NCBI GenBank assembly: GCA_035084275.1 | Contig: CM068749.1 | Location: 14,694,001 to 14,758,000, forward strand | Length of the DNA: 64,000 nt | Reading direction: 5' to 3' | From: Hydrolagus colliei | Lineage: Eukaryota | Shown here: one piece after another, positions 12,417-26,929 of the stretch | How the letters are laid out: each line of letters begins with the position of its first letter | Numbering within the stretch: the first letter of the stretch is position 1 | The notes under the pieces: generated by a model | What the model was told of the DNA's origin: nothing | The model's input: only the letters and a program-made list of their open reading frames with translations | Database searches by the model: none | Translations under genes and position numbers: made by a program

Positions 12417-15129
12417 TACTACCATTTCCCACTCTGATTCAGAGTTGTAGCTGCATATCTCAGCACACAGTGGTGGGTCATTCAAGGTAGTTAAACGTAT
12501 GTGTGCACACAGATATTCCTGGAAGTGCCACAGTATGAAGATATTGCAGTGTTCTAAGCCTTTAAATCTGATTTCAAAACAATCATAAGACAATAATATT
12601 TTACCATACTTTGTGCCGCTCTATTGCTATTGAGTCTCAGTTATCATTATAGAAATCATTATGTGTTTGTGTGATCTAATGCAAATCTAGTGCATTTTTA
12701 ATCTCCCCCTCCCACAAATACATCCTGCGTGCATACCATTTCGGATGACATCTTAATCTCTTACATTAGCATTCAGTGGATTATTGAAAACAAAATCACA
12801 GATGATACTTCACAAGAAATGTCAACACACCATTAAAAATAGTTGCCTGTGCCTGAGGCAAGGACAAGTCATTTTCTGCCAAGCCAAACTGTTCTGAACT
12901 TTGTGTGACTCAGCCTTCATCTATAAATGCAGATGATTCTGCTTGGGAGTCAGTCAATACCTTTTATAATAAACGGATGATATTCACAAAAGATCTTAAA
13001 TACATAGATGCATATTCTTTAAGTTAAGTATATTCCAATGAAGTGTGCTCCAAGAGATTGTGTTTAATTCAGCAAAGGATTTTTTTTAAAAGCAATATTT
13101 GTTCTAATAAGAACTGGTCAGTTATTTTCATTGGTTATACAATCCTCTAGTTGATCTTGTGTTCAGTTAAACTAAGTGAAGAATTAAGAAAACACTTCCT
13201 TGAGCATTTGACAGGTTAGGTAGAAAACACTCACCCATTACCCCAGTAAAAGTACTTTTGAATGCCTCTTGCCAGACAGGAGAAATGACCTATATAACCT
13301 AGAAAAGAGAGTCTCCAAGAGACTTAGCATGTCAAAAATATTTACGTGAATGACATTTGCGATTGGCTTGTCTAAAGCTAGCTGTCACTATATTGTGTGG
13401 CAATAAACAGCCTTGCCATTGCTGGATGCAGAGCTCCAGTGTAATTAAAAGTTTCAGTACTAGTGTTGGCTGGAGTCACAGACAACACTAAACTTTTAAA
13501 GTGTTTGTGCCCTGTGTTCGTTGTCTACTTCAAAGAATGTCAATTCCCATGAACAGAATGACAGCCTGATACATTCATTGACCACATCTAAAGGAGAACT
13601 CTAGTGAGTTACTTCCTCACACAAGAAATGTCTCCTCTCAAGTGAGACCTCGTAAACTTTTATTTCCTTTTTGAAATTATAGTTTACTGGGAAACCAGTG
13701 TGGATTGAAGCCATTTCACCCAAGATATGGTCTGCTTCAAATACGTTCAGTCGAGTAAAGTAAAAGCAATACTTGTACAGTATTTTATATTTAACAATAA
13801 TAGTTACATTTGTGTCAATCCTCATTTCTAATAACCATCACATCATTTAATTGTTTAGTTGAACTGTTCTAAACAACCATCTATTTTTGCCTACACCTGA
13901 CAAATATCAAAAGAATAATGCACTCTTGATACAACATCTGACAGTTTATCCAACCAGCACTGCCAGTTTAAAATCATTGTCTCAGCATCTTGCACTGCAG
14001 ATTTAGCCAACGTATGTTGAATCAAATCAATGGACTCTTTCCAAATTGACTAACTGTACAATATAGACCCAAATGTGGTTCCAGAGGTAATGGAGCCTGA
14101 AGGCTACCCTAATTAGCTCAGCCACGACCTTGTCAAAATGAACCAGGTTGATAGGATTGTGAAGGCTGGGACCTCAAGCAACAATATGCAACTAGGATCC
14201 TATTATAATCTAGTTTGGTCAGTTCCTTCAAGATTGCATGCACATCAGATGCAACATGGCACATAATAATGCAATATCCTAAGAAAACAATCTGGTATAT
14301 ACAGAGTGATGTTTCTACTGTAGTTGGTTAAATAGATGAATACCCCTTTTGTGTATTAGTTCCTCAGGGCACTACACAGAGTTGACCTACATTGTGGCCA
14401 ATGAAATGTTACAACATATGAAACTGGTCCAATATCTTCCATTACATTTGGGATGTCTGGAAGACATACCATCAATAAGCTCCTCCCAGTTCTCCTCCCA
14501 CCACCACCTCAAAGTATTAACCCTTTACTGTACCCACATGACCCCTGAATGGCTTAGATTAGTCAGTGTGTGGATAATCACATCTGTGCTTTGCAGGTGA
14601 CACATTGGTTTTAAGGTGTCATGGAACACGTATTTAGGGTTCTTGGGCAACAGAAAGAAAACAGTGTGTTTAATTCTCTTCCCTTCTTAACATAATCACC
14701 ATTTCCTTTCGTTCTTTCAGAACATTCATCCTTTTAAATCATTCTGGTTTTCCAAAATTTCCACTGTATTATTTTATTACTTGGGTAAAGTGCTGAACTT
14801 GACAGAAGCTTTTAAATCAAAATACAAAGAAAAAATGTTTAAGGTCACTGACAGAAGTAATAAAAAAAAGTTATGTCTGAAAAACATTTCATTATCACAA
14901 GGTAAATCTACTGTAGCATTTAATTCTTCTTCTTGCCTCTTGAATAGATCTCTGCTGGTTTTGTCAATAACTCCCTGCAGCTTTTTTCTTCAATAATGCA
15001 GGCTGTAGCTAAATATTTTCAAAAGATTAAAATTTGGTAAACATGACTGGATTGTGTTGAGATTGCATTTCCCTGTACTGTATAAACTATTCCTGTTTTG
15101 TTCAGGGTGTATAACTTCTGTTTGATTGG

Positions 15130-15550
15130 CAAAAGTACCAGAAGGGAGATGTGAGAAACTGTTATTACAATCTGGAATGCACTTCCTGAGAGCGTGATGG
15201 AAGCAGATTCAATAGTAGCTTTCAAAGGAGAATTAGATAGGCACTTGAAAAAGAAAAAATGAAGGGCTATGGGATAACAACAATATCAAAATTACATTTG
15301 TATAGCGCATTTCACGTCAGGAGGACATCCCAAGGCAATAAGGGTCGCCCAGATATATACAGTCATTTCACTTTACAGTATATTCTGCAAAACGCTTTGA
15401 AACGTCTAGAAGATGTGAAAAGCGCTATATCAAATGCAAGGATGATTATTATTATTATTAAGGGTGGATATAGTTAGATAGCTCATTCAAAGAGCTGGCA
15501 CAAGCGTGATAAACCAAATAACCTCCTTCTGTGCTGTAAGATTCTATGAT
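15130..15550 (+). mobile_element. CR1 LINE 3' end interrupted by an L2 tail (- strand, ~15277-15336) and a SINE tail (+ strand, 15346-15458)
   Basis: TGGAATGCACTTCCTGAGAGCGTGATGGAAGCAGATTCAATA (WNALP..V.EA) and a CCTTCTGTGCTGTAAGATTCTATGAT terminus. TAAGGGT is duplicated either side of the SINE tail. Confidence 0.8.
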
Positions 15551-16972
15551 GAGAATCATGATAAAAGACGATTGGGAGAGAATGGAACCTGATGAGGATG
15601 GGGATTATGAGCAAGTAAAGTTTCATACAAGTAAGGTTACCAGTGGCAAAGTTTCATAAGAACTGGAGCTTATGGTAGATTGAGCTGGGGAGGCCAGAAA
15701 GGAGAATATTTGGGAAGTCAAGTTTCACATCTTAACACCAATTGTAACCATGTAATTTTTCACTTACTTTCTTCCAGAGGTGATTGTTAATTCATGGGTG
15801 GTCTAAACTGCAAATAATACTCATTTCAGAAGTGAGTCAGGGAGAAACTGTTATGTTTAAAATCTTTCTTCCTCAATTAACGATAACATTTAAATTTTAG
15901 TGGCTTCAATAAACAAGTACTTGAGGTATGTAAAAAAAACTCAGCTATACAAAGATCATACACTGGATTAGCACGACCGTAAATAAACGCATCTACAATG
16001 GCTTCTTAAATATTGTAAAGACAGCATGCAATGTTATACATTTTGCACGAGCATCAGTGTTGAAGCATTTACAAATTACTGATATTGCATTTGGTACCAT
16101 TGAATAAATGCAAAAACATGTCATTGTTATGCACTACTTCATTATAAGTCATTGCACCATTTTCTAGAATATGTATTTGGCATCTTGAATGAGGGAATTC
16201 ATTTTGTGATGATTTGCGACAATGTGTAAACTGGGAACTTAACGCTATCTGTTTTCAGAACAACCGAAAGATTGAAGAGGTAAAACTTAGGAGATGGAAA
16301 CTACATGCAATAACTTATGAATATTTCATAACCAGCATTTATTACAAATGAATAATGCAAGTTACACAATATTAAGCCATGTATTATGGATTATAGTTCT
16401 ATATTTATACTATTTAGTTAATATTACTAATTAGCAATTCCATGGGAGCATATATAAATTATGTATTGTACCATTACTGTTTTATTAAACTGTAATTTTT
16501 ATAGCTGTATTATTTTAGCTTCTTTAAATCTTAAATACTGTACTAGTTTTACAACAATTAAAATAAGGGTAAAATTGTTGCCATTATGGAACCTCAGTTC
16601 TTCAATTACAACTAATATTTTCAGTTGGGTTTTTTTGGAAACCAGTACCACTTTATATGTTCCTGCGTCGATATTTGAGCCAGACACATTTGGCAGAATT
16701 GCCAAAATCTAATTATAAAATACATTCATCATCATTGTCGAGGAAGATTGGTTTAACCTGAAGCAGCACATGTTCTGCACAAACTAAACGCCTATGCATC
16801 AGTGCATGATCACCCGAAAAAGAGCATCTGTCACTGGAGCCACCCAACGTGACTGGGTGGATAAGATTAGTTTAAATGAACCTCGAGTCATCCAAGCAAA
16901 TTGAGGCACATGTGATCTTTACAGGAACATGTACAACAGGAAATCTGGCATAGTGGATTTAAGATCCATCTG

Positions 16973-17120
16973 AATCATGGAATCTTACAGCACAGAAGGA
17001 GATCCATTTGGTCCATCGTGTCTTTGCCAGCTCTTTGAAAAGAACGATCCAAATCAATGCAGCTCCCCTGCTCTCTTCCTGTAGCCCTGCAAACTTCTCC
17101 CCTTCAAATAAATAACCTAG
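16973..17120 (-). mobile_element. CR1 LINE 3' end
   Basis: AATCATGGAATCTTACAGCACAGAAGGAG...GCCAGCTCTTTGAA is the reverse complement of the CR1 tail at 15480-15550. Confidence 0.8.
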
Positions 17121-20100
17121 CACTTTTTGACACTGTATGTTCAATGTCTTTGATGGTATCCTCAGAAGTGCTACAATTCTAAAAGTTGCAATATTTAAAC
17201 ATTTATATTGAACAGGAATGGTTGTTTCCAGATATCAAACAAGTTTCCAGTGAGCCGCATCTCATGCCTCTTCCTCTCCCACATCACTCGAAACACTACA
17301 TTCATCATAGTATTTATTAAAATAGGAAATGAACTGGAGTACTTTTAACATCTGAAAATATGTCAACATTCAATTTTAGTGCTTTCTAATGTTTATCTAT
17401 CGGGATTCTTCTCAGTTTGATGATGGAAGAAAATTGTGCTGATTAAACCTTCAGAAAGTAAGTATACTCCACTGAGGGCATGAATATTCCAGAGATCACT
17501 ACAAGTAAAGTCTGTTATGAAAGGAGCTCTCTGGGAAGAAGGATCAGACAATAAAATTGTGAGATTAAATTGCAGTGAACTGCATTGATGCAGGCAGAAA
17601 CAGAGAATGATGCACTTGATCTGGTTTACAGATTAGAATTTATTCAATTTGGTGAGGTGGGTAGGGGTGGTTGGGGGGGGGGGGGGGTTAAGTAAGTAAG
17701 AAAGAGTTTAAGAGCTCACTAGACAAGGTAGTAATCCCCAAAACAATGCATGAGTTTTTACCAAGATTAGTGCTTTGAAAACGGAGTGTGATGTCGTGAA
17801 GAAAATCCATGAACAGCATAATCTGTTGCCTGAAACTACATTTGCTATGAAAACTACTAGCACAATGATGGACTGTTTCCTTTACGAAGTTCTCCTAAGT
17901 AAATGCTTTATTTGTTCAGTTTGTTGACTTGTGTCACAACATTATCACAAAGTCTTGTTCTTAAAGGTTATGTGGGATACTAGACTGGATGATGGCCAAA
18001 CCAATCTAACACAATTTAATTGATTGGACAAAACATGTTCCATTATAATGTGCAAACAGTGTTCGTGGAAGCTGATACAAGGCATTTGGTACAGAAACAA
18101 AATATGGTCATTGAATGCTGAAGATTTTTTTCAAGAGGGTAAAAAAGGCAGCTAAACACAGTATAAGACAAAATTTAAAAGAAAGTATCAACCCTTTGTC
18201 TTACTTATGTAGGAACAGCAAAGGTGACATTAATAGTATTCTAATAATCAACACTATTGAAAAATCGAGACTTTTCAGGAAACTGAAGGAAATAGCTTTC
18301 TTCAATGCTGCATTAATGTTGCATTTGCTCAGCGCTTGAACTCCTCTATGTGAAGAGCTCTGAGACATTATGGTAATAACATTATGGGATACAGAAACTA
18401 TGGAAGGCGAACTAGATAGACTTTCGTCTATTTTTTGTCCAGCATTCTTTATGTTCTTATGTGAGGACATGATATAAATGCAGGTTGTTGCATATTTACA
18501 AATGCATACGGTCATTCACCAAGGTGCATTTGGAGGACACTCAAGTTAGACATTTTGTTTTGTTATATCCCAATTCAAAGAGATGTAGAGCATGAAATAA
18601 ATGAAACATCTGCTTCCCGTCAATACAGTGTCCGAAGGGAGATAATTCATTTCCAGCAATATGAATTCAGTACATCAATCTGGATTCTATATTGAGAAAT
18701 TAAGACAGCACAATCAAAAATGGACCATTCATCCCAGCAAATCTGCCACCCCCAAATAGCCAAACCTGTACCCACACTTACATTCATAATTGGACTTGAT
18801 TATCCAAAGTGTTGGTAGCACATTTGCACACTGGAGTGAGATATTCCAGTATCACACTATTTCAGATTTCAATGCAATCCCGAGCAAATGTATGGTTAGG
18901 ATTTAATATGGTAAACTATCATTCGTATCAATGCTTCAGTTGTCCAGTGCTGCTTCTCACCAGAGTGAAGCAGTGGTAGTTTTCATGAGCCTATATAGTC
19001 CCACGAGAGTTGCACTAACAATGCAAGGAATATTAACATACTTTTTATTCATGAAGTCTTTTTTTTAATCACCAGTGGGCATACGAAGACGACAAGATGC
19101 CTGGTATTACCTGTGAATAATGGGGTGATCAGGGGCCCACTGACAGCACAATTTTGAGCTGCCTTCTCTTTGGGCCTGACAAGAGGACTTGTGTCATCAT
19201 AAAAGCAGAGAACATTGTCATGTTGTCATTCACACAAAACAAATTAGCATCCCCAACCACTGTTCATTGCTCAGGCGAAACCTTGGTAAATTATGACACC
19301 TGAAGTGATCGTGACTTCTAACTTATCACTGTGTCAAGACAGGAGCTGGTGAGAACAATAGTATTAACACCTAAGCTTAAAATGATGGGAGTGTTGTGTA
19401 ATTAATCTTGTTATGAAGCATGAATGCATTTTTTTAAAAAAGAAATGTCATTACTTTGATATAACTGTAGGTAGCTGTACAAAAATATGCAGCAGCATAA
19501 AACGGAAGCTGTCTTTTGTTTGGAAAAGTAAATACTAAGACACTTTAGTATGGGGAACACGGATTTCCCGACATACCAGAATGCTGATCTTGTCAAATCC
19601 TTTGATGCCCTTATTACATTGGTCCTGACAATCAATTTGCATCTTGAAGAAGGCCATGTTATTACCATTTCAAAATAATTAGCAAAATGTTGCTACTGTT
19701 ATATTCAACGGTTTACAGATAATATATAGCACTGCCACTGGAACAGAATGAAGTTCACCAACAACAAAGCAAACAGATTTTTTTTAACAAACAACTAGAT
19801 GTGAAAAACATTTTAACAAAAAGATGCGACAGAAAAATATCAGTTCTGTCACTGCAGTGCAGAGAACCGGAGCTCAATATTTCCAAATCCGTAAGCGACG
19901 ATATAGAATTATTGGAAATTTACAGAATGGTTGCAGAAGGATAAATCTAACAGCTGGTTGCGCTTTTTTTCCTGTGCATAATTCCAAATGCAAACAGCGG
20001 TGTTGGCTTAATGTGGATTTCATGTTACAAATGGAGCTCCTTCCTATAACTAGAAATGAAGAAAGGAACAGAAGGTTATGGGAGGGAGTAAAAGGGGTTC

Positions 20101-20769
20101 AGGAAAAGTAGATTTCACTATAGTTGTGAAACAGTTTTACACCCCCAATTTAAACATAAGCATCAGGGCCTGCAAGTGAATGGACAGAATGGAATTTCTT
20201 CAATTCATGCTTTGTTGTTTCCTTTATGACCATGTTGTTCAAAATTGTATTCAATATTTTATTAAACAGGGGATGGTAGTATTTGAAACAATGTCTGGGG
20301 AAGAGGGGACAGTTAGCTCGGGTGTCAGACAAGCCAGCACACACGGACAAAATATTATTTTGTGACTATTACATTTTGTTTCTGGGCTGCCTCCTCTAAA
20401 GCATTCCTCCTTCATTTGCATTTGTAATAGTACCTCGGAGAATATTTATATTATGGAGTATTTTTGCAATGTTCATCATGGCAGATTGTCAACAGATGGT
20501 TCAGCTCACATAACTGTATAATGCGTTGTCATGCAAGAAGTTAATCATATTAATGTTACTGTAAGCAATTGTAATAGCTTTGCCTTTGAATATACGTTAA
20601 AGGTCACACAAGAGTCTTGATAGTAAACAAAACACTGCTGTATATTTTAAATAGAGTTGGTTTTAAATGGTGTTTTAACATAACTTGCACATTCACAAAG
20701 AACTTGGAGAAATCGGGTTGCAATCTCCACTCAAAATCTTATGCTACAGAAGTAAACGTTTTATAATAA

Positions 20770-22900
20770 AGTGAAGGCTCTGGAAAACCTGTGCTTCACA
20801 CAAAATCTGACTGACAACAGGAGCCAGTGTTTGCAGTCTTATCTTCAATCAAGTGGAATTACTGGAAGGCAGATGCTGCGAAAGTGCCTTCTCTACTCTG
20901 CGTGATAAGAAGAAGATGGAGGTGACCTTCAAGGGGGAAATATAGGAGAAGAAATATGAAAAATTGACAAGATTATTAAAAAGCTTCAGTCCCACTGAAA
21001 TCCCTGCAAGAGTGCAGGTCAGAACGTCATGTTTAGGTGGAGAGTCAATTGATGATTACATGATGGATTTGCAATATAAAGCTCGGTCATGTCATTTTGA
21101 TAACCTAGCTTGTGTCTGATGAGAGATTGCATTATCTGTGGAATTCTAAGCTTCCAAGTCTGTGAGAAAGTCCTTTGCATGGATTTGAGCAAACCATTGG
21201 ACAAATCTATTGCCAAGCAAGTGAGATAGGCGAGTTGCCAGTAAAATTGTGAGTGCTCAATGATAATTTCAAGGTCCTGTCAAGTGAAAAGTATTGTACA
21301 AAGCAATACCTACAAATAAGAAACTTGTTGAAAGTGACATTGTTTGCAGTTGCATTCCAAGCTCAAACAACGCAACATGCATGCTCAACATCAGAGGTAG
21401 GTAGCACAAAAGAGCACTCTGTCATCACTCAAAAGCAAACCTATGTGTACAATCTTGAGTTCGAAATCTAAACTGCAAAAAAAAAGCAGAAAAAGCGTGC
21501 AATTGTAAAAAAAAACCCACAAATAACAGCTCTATGGTCAGATGTGCAATTTCCATAACAGCTTTAACACAGGACTAAAATATTGTTCAGAAGCAACAGA
21601 AGTGATGGTACTTGCGAAACAGTAGGCTCAGTGAATCTGGAGTGGAAAGCACAATTATATTGCTTCCCCTGAATCATTCCAGCATAAGAGTGAGATGACC
21701 TAAATGACACTAAACACCAGTTACATTTTCAAGTCATTTAATAACTAGGAATGTAAGTGGCTCTCTTAACATTAAAAACCCTTTAGGGCTTTGCATCAGC
21801 TTCATTGAAATCAGTTATATTGCAATCACGCACATTTATTCAAATCAGAAATCACCTCCTAGAAAGAGGATTTAAGAGGTCTTGGAGAGGAATAGGATGT
21901 TGGAGATGGGTACAGGGAAGTTTTTTTCAGAATGGGGGTGATAACAGCCATCTTCAGTGTCGGTGAATAAGAAAAGGTTGATGATGTCAGTTAGGAGAGG
22001 TTCTATGAGGTGGAGCTGAGGGATGAGGAGAGATGTGGGAATGGAGTCGAGGGAGCAGGTGGTGGGTTTCATTTTTAAGATGATAGCAGAGAGGGCGGAG
22101 GGAGAGATAGGGTCAAAGGTGTATAGTGAGGGGTTGGTGGGGGCTGGATCACGTGGGAGAGGTGAGAGGGGCGTAGATGGGGTAGAGGTAGCTGAACAGA
22201 TCCCCTCAATTTTAGATTCAAGGAAGTCCAACATCTTCTGGAATTGGAGGAGAGTAAGGGTGAGGCTTAAGAAGGTGGACAGAGGAGAAGATTAGTGGTG
22301 AAGAAGAGGAGCCTGGGGTTATGCTTGACTGCTAAGATTTACTTGGAGTAGACAGAAGACTTGGCAGAGGTGAGGCCGGAGCGGTAAATCTTAGTACGAT
22401 CCAGGCAAATCTGCTGATTAACCATTAATTTGGATTTGGTCCAGGAATGTTTAGCAGCTCGCACTTATGCCTTGAGGCATCAGAGATGGCTGGTGTACCA
22501 CAGGGAATCACGGGAGTAAGAATCAATGGCAGTAGAACAATTATCACACCACACACTTCGCCCTGCATTTGCAGAAGTACATCTCATAGATTACAAGGCA
22601 AAACAAACTACTGTGATACACTTTACAAAATGTTCTATTGGTTGTCCTCCTAAACCACTGGACTGAAGTGACAATCTCTAAGTGAATATCTTACAAAAGT
22701 ATATTGAAGCAGCGAGACATTGAAGGCACACTACGGAATTAATCAAGAGTCTGTCATACAAGTTGATGCAGCAGTTCCCTGCTGCATAAAGGCGAACGTT
22801 AGAATTTGCCAGGACCCACACTCTAACTATTTTACAACGCCAATATCACAAATAAATGCCATTTGTCCTCAGTGTATGATGTACATCATTGGCGATTACA
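20770..22900 (+). mobile_element. Decayed Ty3/Gypsy LTR retrotransposon internal region (gag, traces of pol), split by an L2 insertion
   Basis: Frame-broken translation from 21039 gives GESIDDYMMDLQYKARSCHFDNLA / LMRDCIICGILSFQVCEKVL / LDKSI / CQASE (Gypsy gag pattern). At 22720-22850, AHYGINQESVIQVDA / LEFARTHTLTILQRQY resembles Gypsy RNase H (..HYD....IQVDAS...EFASRTLT..E..Y). Confidence 0.65.
21872..22420 (-). mobile_element. L2 LINE ORF2 fragment
   Basis: ORF 21872..22234 contains LKMKPTTCSLDSIPTSLL...LLTDIINL...PISNILFLSK, typical of the L2 region before the RT domain. Confidence 0.85.
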
Positions 22901-24734
22901 TGCAACATTCATTACTTATCCACAAAGGTGAAAGCAAATATTCTGCATGCCAGATTTACAGTGTGAGACGACAATGGCACAGTGGGATGTTATTGGTAGC
23001 AGTACATTTTGTTTAGCAGTATGCTGTTACCAAGAGGTAGCCATGCTATCATTAGTGGAAAGTTACAAATGTAGTTGTAGATTTTACACTGAGGTTAAAG
23101 ACTTATGATGCCTTTTTGCTCCTCGGTTGAATGGGAGGGAAGAAGGAATTCCCAAATATCTTACTGCATTTGAATTAATTAATAGTCTTGCAGAATCTGG
23201 TCAGACTATATGGTTAGATGTTGAATAAAAGTTTATGAAATAAAGTTCAGAGAAATAACATTTGAAAATGTAAAAATTGATACCATTGATGTGCTTCTAG
23301 AAACATCAGGGTCTAAAATGTGGGATTTCTTATAAAAGGCAGCAGAGTTGAGGGTACCATATGTGATTTCTCAAGTCAAGCCTTGCAATGCTCATTCAAT
23401 TCCAGTGTAAGATTGTGGCATTGAACAATGACATTGCATCCAGTGCCACAGAAAAGTGGAAAATTCTATAAAACCGGCATACAATCTAACATTTACTACA
23501 GTATTCACGTACAATACCAGAATATCAAATGCATCTCTATAGTGAAAATTGCTTCCTACTTAGAATAAACTACAGAATGCAGTTTGCCTCCTTGTTACCC
23601 CAAGTCTGTAGATTTCCCTTCCTCTACGCACCCCACCCTCCCACCCCTCTGCAAACCCCATTTCAACCCCGCTCTATTTCTACCTTTGGCCTTGTGTAAT
23701 GGTCACCTCCACATTTTGTGAAGTCCTCCAAGAGGCTATCCTACATGAACGGTAGTGTACAAGTTCAAGTTGATGTTGTACTTCATAATATCCAGAATGG
23801 TAGTGGAGTGGTGGTGTGGGGGAAGTGTGAAATGAAACTCTAATGCTGGACATGATATATATTCACTCACTGCAACAGCAAGAGACTTATCTACACTGGT
23901 ATGTCACAGAAGATGGAAAACAAATGTCTGCTATAACTGAGATTGAGGTCTCTGTTTTAATAGTATGGCTTAGCTTATCACCGAGGTGCAGGGGAAAAAG
24001 GGAATGTTTGATGGAATTTTTTTTCACCATGCTCTTGAAAAACAAATCACATATATCTGTTCTAGCTGAGATCTGTCAAGTTAAATTCACAGTCTGATAC
24101 AAAGGGTTCCAAGAAGCAAGGTTGTTGTTTTTTTCCCCTTTTGGGCTTGTCATATACGAATACTATGCTCAGTGACAGATGTGTGTAAATGAAAGGTTCT
24201 TGATGGCAATCATAGAGGAAAAAGGATGTCAGAAACTTTTTTGCAATGGACGAATAAGATTTATTGCCATGAAATATCTGAATCCCAAATGCCCAACTTG
24301 AAATTTTTGCGAAAACATATAGCACAATTGTCCTGAAGTCAATTGCCATGTACAGTTTGAGTTAATATGTATAGGTATGGCACAACATGGAATGAGATTT
24401 TGGATAAAAATGGCTGGTTTCTTTTATTTTCTCTTAAATTGACATAAAATGAATGAAATCTATGCTACTTCTGAGGTTCAATTTAGTCACTAAAGTTAGT
24501 GATGTAAGAAATTTCTTAACCTATGTATCAGACTTACCCTTTTTTGAAAAAAAACACAGTATTTAAAAACCGAGGCAGCATAGAGGAACACCTGTATTTG
24601 CAATGGCCATCTGATGTAAATCCCAAATCAAACTAAAATGTTAAAACTCAATACCCTGCAGAAATCTGGAAGAATTGCAGACTAACATATATATATATAT
24701 ATATAGAGAGAGAGATATATAACATCAGCAACAA

Positions 24735-24968
24735 TGTTGGGTGAATTGAGGATATGCAATCTAAAATCTCACTGGACATATCAGCGGTACCACTGCAGTC
24801 ACGAAAGAAAGAAATATTTTGCACCTGGTGATGTGGGTTTTGAAAGGGAGTTAACGGGTAAAGTGAAATGATTAGAAAAGAGTACCTGGGGTTGGACAAT
24901 GTGTGGCAGGAGTTCATACATGTGCAGTATGAGCAAAGTAGGAGAGAGAATGGAGTCATGTGGAACCT
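24735..24968 (-). mobile_element. Decayed L2-type RT fragment
   Basis: Minus strand reads VPHDSILSPTLLILHM, a degenerate VPQGSILGPLLFxIY, followed by an LDCISSI-like segment. Confidence 0.45.
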
Positions 24969-25149
24969 CCAACTTCATGCAAATAGACAGAAGTTAAACC
25001 ATCAACTTCAGTTCAGTGAACAAAGGGAAACTAGGTTACCATGAACACATACTGCAAGAGATTTAGTGAAGTCATAGAATCAATAAGTTTTACTTTGATA
25101 ATGAATTGTCTGGACAAGATGAAACAATGTCATCTATGGCAATAGTTCT

Positions 25150-25420
25150 AATTGAGCACGAGTCACAAGTAGAGTCCCTTTGGGATCAGTCCAGAGACCA
25201 TTATAGTTCATAATTAATTACCTTAATGAGAAAACTGTCAGTAGAATCTCTATAACCAGAAATGGCACCAGGTTATATGGTAATACACGATGACTAAAGG
25301 AAGTTGTAGTTCAAAGAGAATACACAATTAAATCTGGTAAAGGAGGAAATGGTTTTTCATGAGATTGTTAACTACATTGGCTATATATAAAATGTTATCT
25401 CCAAAACCTCAGAGGGAATA
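25150..25420 (+). mobile_element. Decayed CR1-type RT fragment
   Basis: ACAAGTAGAGTCCCTTTGGGATCAGTCCAGAGACCATTA translates TSRVPLGSVQRPL, a degenerate TSGVPQGSVLGPL. Confidence 0.4.
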
Positions 25421-26591
25421 TTTGGTATGAAGATTAATGCCACATCCACTCCAGCGCAAATTAATGTAACAGACATTATTACTCTTAGATGAAGGTTCCC
25501 CACTAGCAGCAGGTATTAAAGCATTACATTTATACAGTGACTTTTTCAGCTGTCCTGACAAGTCTGGTTTAGATTGATGAGCAATTCACAGTCTGCAATG
25601 TAACGTCTGTCAATATCAAAGTTTTAGTTAGTCTCTGAGAGGTCATATTAAAATTAGGAACTGGTAAGTTTTTCTACAAAAATGGGCTCTCGCCTACTTT
25701 AAATAACACAAAGATTTAAGCTCTTATCTGAAATTATAAGTTTAAATACCTTAGTGTATTAATATTTTGTTAGAATAAAAATAGAACTTTTAAGAAGCAA
25801 TTATATTTTTATTCTTGTTCCAATGTTCTTCCCTTCTCTCCTGAAGGTGTGAATTTATGCAAATGTACAGTTCCATGGTTTGAACTCCTTTCTGATACAG
25901 TTCACTCTTCAAATTCACACCGAATTTGTGTGAATTTGCAAGCTGTTTGAGTATGAGTGAGGGGGTCACTATTTATTGATATTTATTGTGTGCATTTCCA
26001 TTCCTTCAGCATGTGGTGGCGAAATAACCTCTATTTAAGATAAATGTGATAAAATAAAATGTAATAGAAAATAAGTTGAAATGTGAATCAGATCTGTCAG
26101 AACATATGTTTGCTTACAATGTTAGTGGAAAGAAAATGAAAATAACCTGTTATTGTTTCCCACCAAATACATTATGCACAATTGTATAGCCTCCGTCTTC
26201 CCAAGTCCGTTAAAATTGAAGATGTGCTTCTTTATTGTACCATTCAAGAATTTCAAGAGCTGGCAAAATCATTCAGACTCAATCAGCAGCAATTGGTAGG
26301 GTTACCGTACATAGGTTTCCTATCAAATATATAGCTTAGTTTTCATCAGTGTTCAACCTCCAGCCAAAAGCACAACAGAGAGTTTGAAGGTTTATTAATG
26401 ATTTATCCATTTGAGTATAAAAGGCTTTACTTCAATGTTTCTGCATTTAGTAATAGACACACAATGTTGCTCAATTACAAGTATGACAATTGCATAAATA
26501 TACTGAATGGGAGTCTTGTGATGGGATGCATCTCTCAGAGAATTGGCTCATTCCTTCCTCTGCATATCTCGGAGGACAGGCATTATGATAG

Positions 26592-26929
26592 TAATAACAA
26601 CTTGATTTTGATATAGTATCTTATCATGCACACAGCAATGTCCCACAAAAAAAGCCATAAAATGAATGATTCATTTGCGAAAATTTTTGGTCATGACACC
26701 ATGATAAACTCAGCTCAATTTTCAAATAATGCTACGAGATCTATAATATCCATTTGAACAGCAGATGGGATTTCAATTCAATATCCCATTTGAAGAACGG
26801 TGCATCTGACAACAAGGCTTTCTCCTAGCATTGCATTGGAGTGTGATCTCAATGTCCTGAAGTGAGGCTAGAATCTAATACCTTTTGACTCAGAGGCCAG
26901 AGTACTACCAACCGAGCCAGGCTGACACC
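26592..26929 (-). mobile_element. SacSINE1-like tRNA-headed Deu-SINE, internally deleted
   Basis: Minus strand starts GGTGTCAGCCTGGCTCGGTTGGTAGTACTCTGGCCTCTGAGTCAAAAGG (A-box head), continues into the Deu domain (GTGGGACATTGCTGTGTGCA) and a short tail. Confidence 0.75.
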
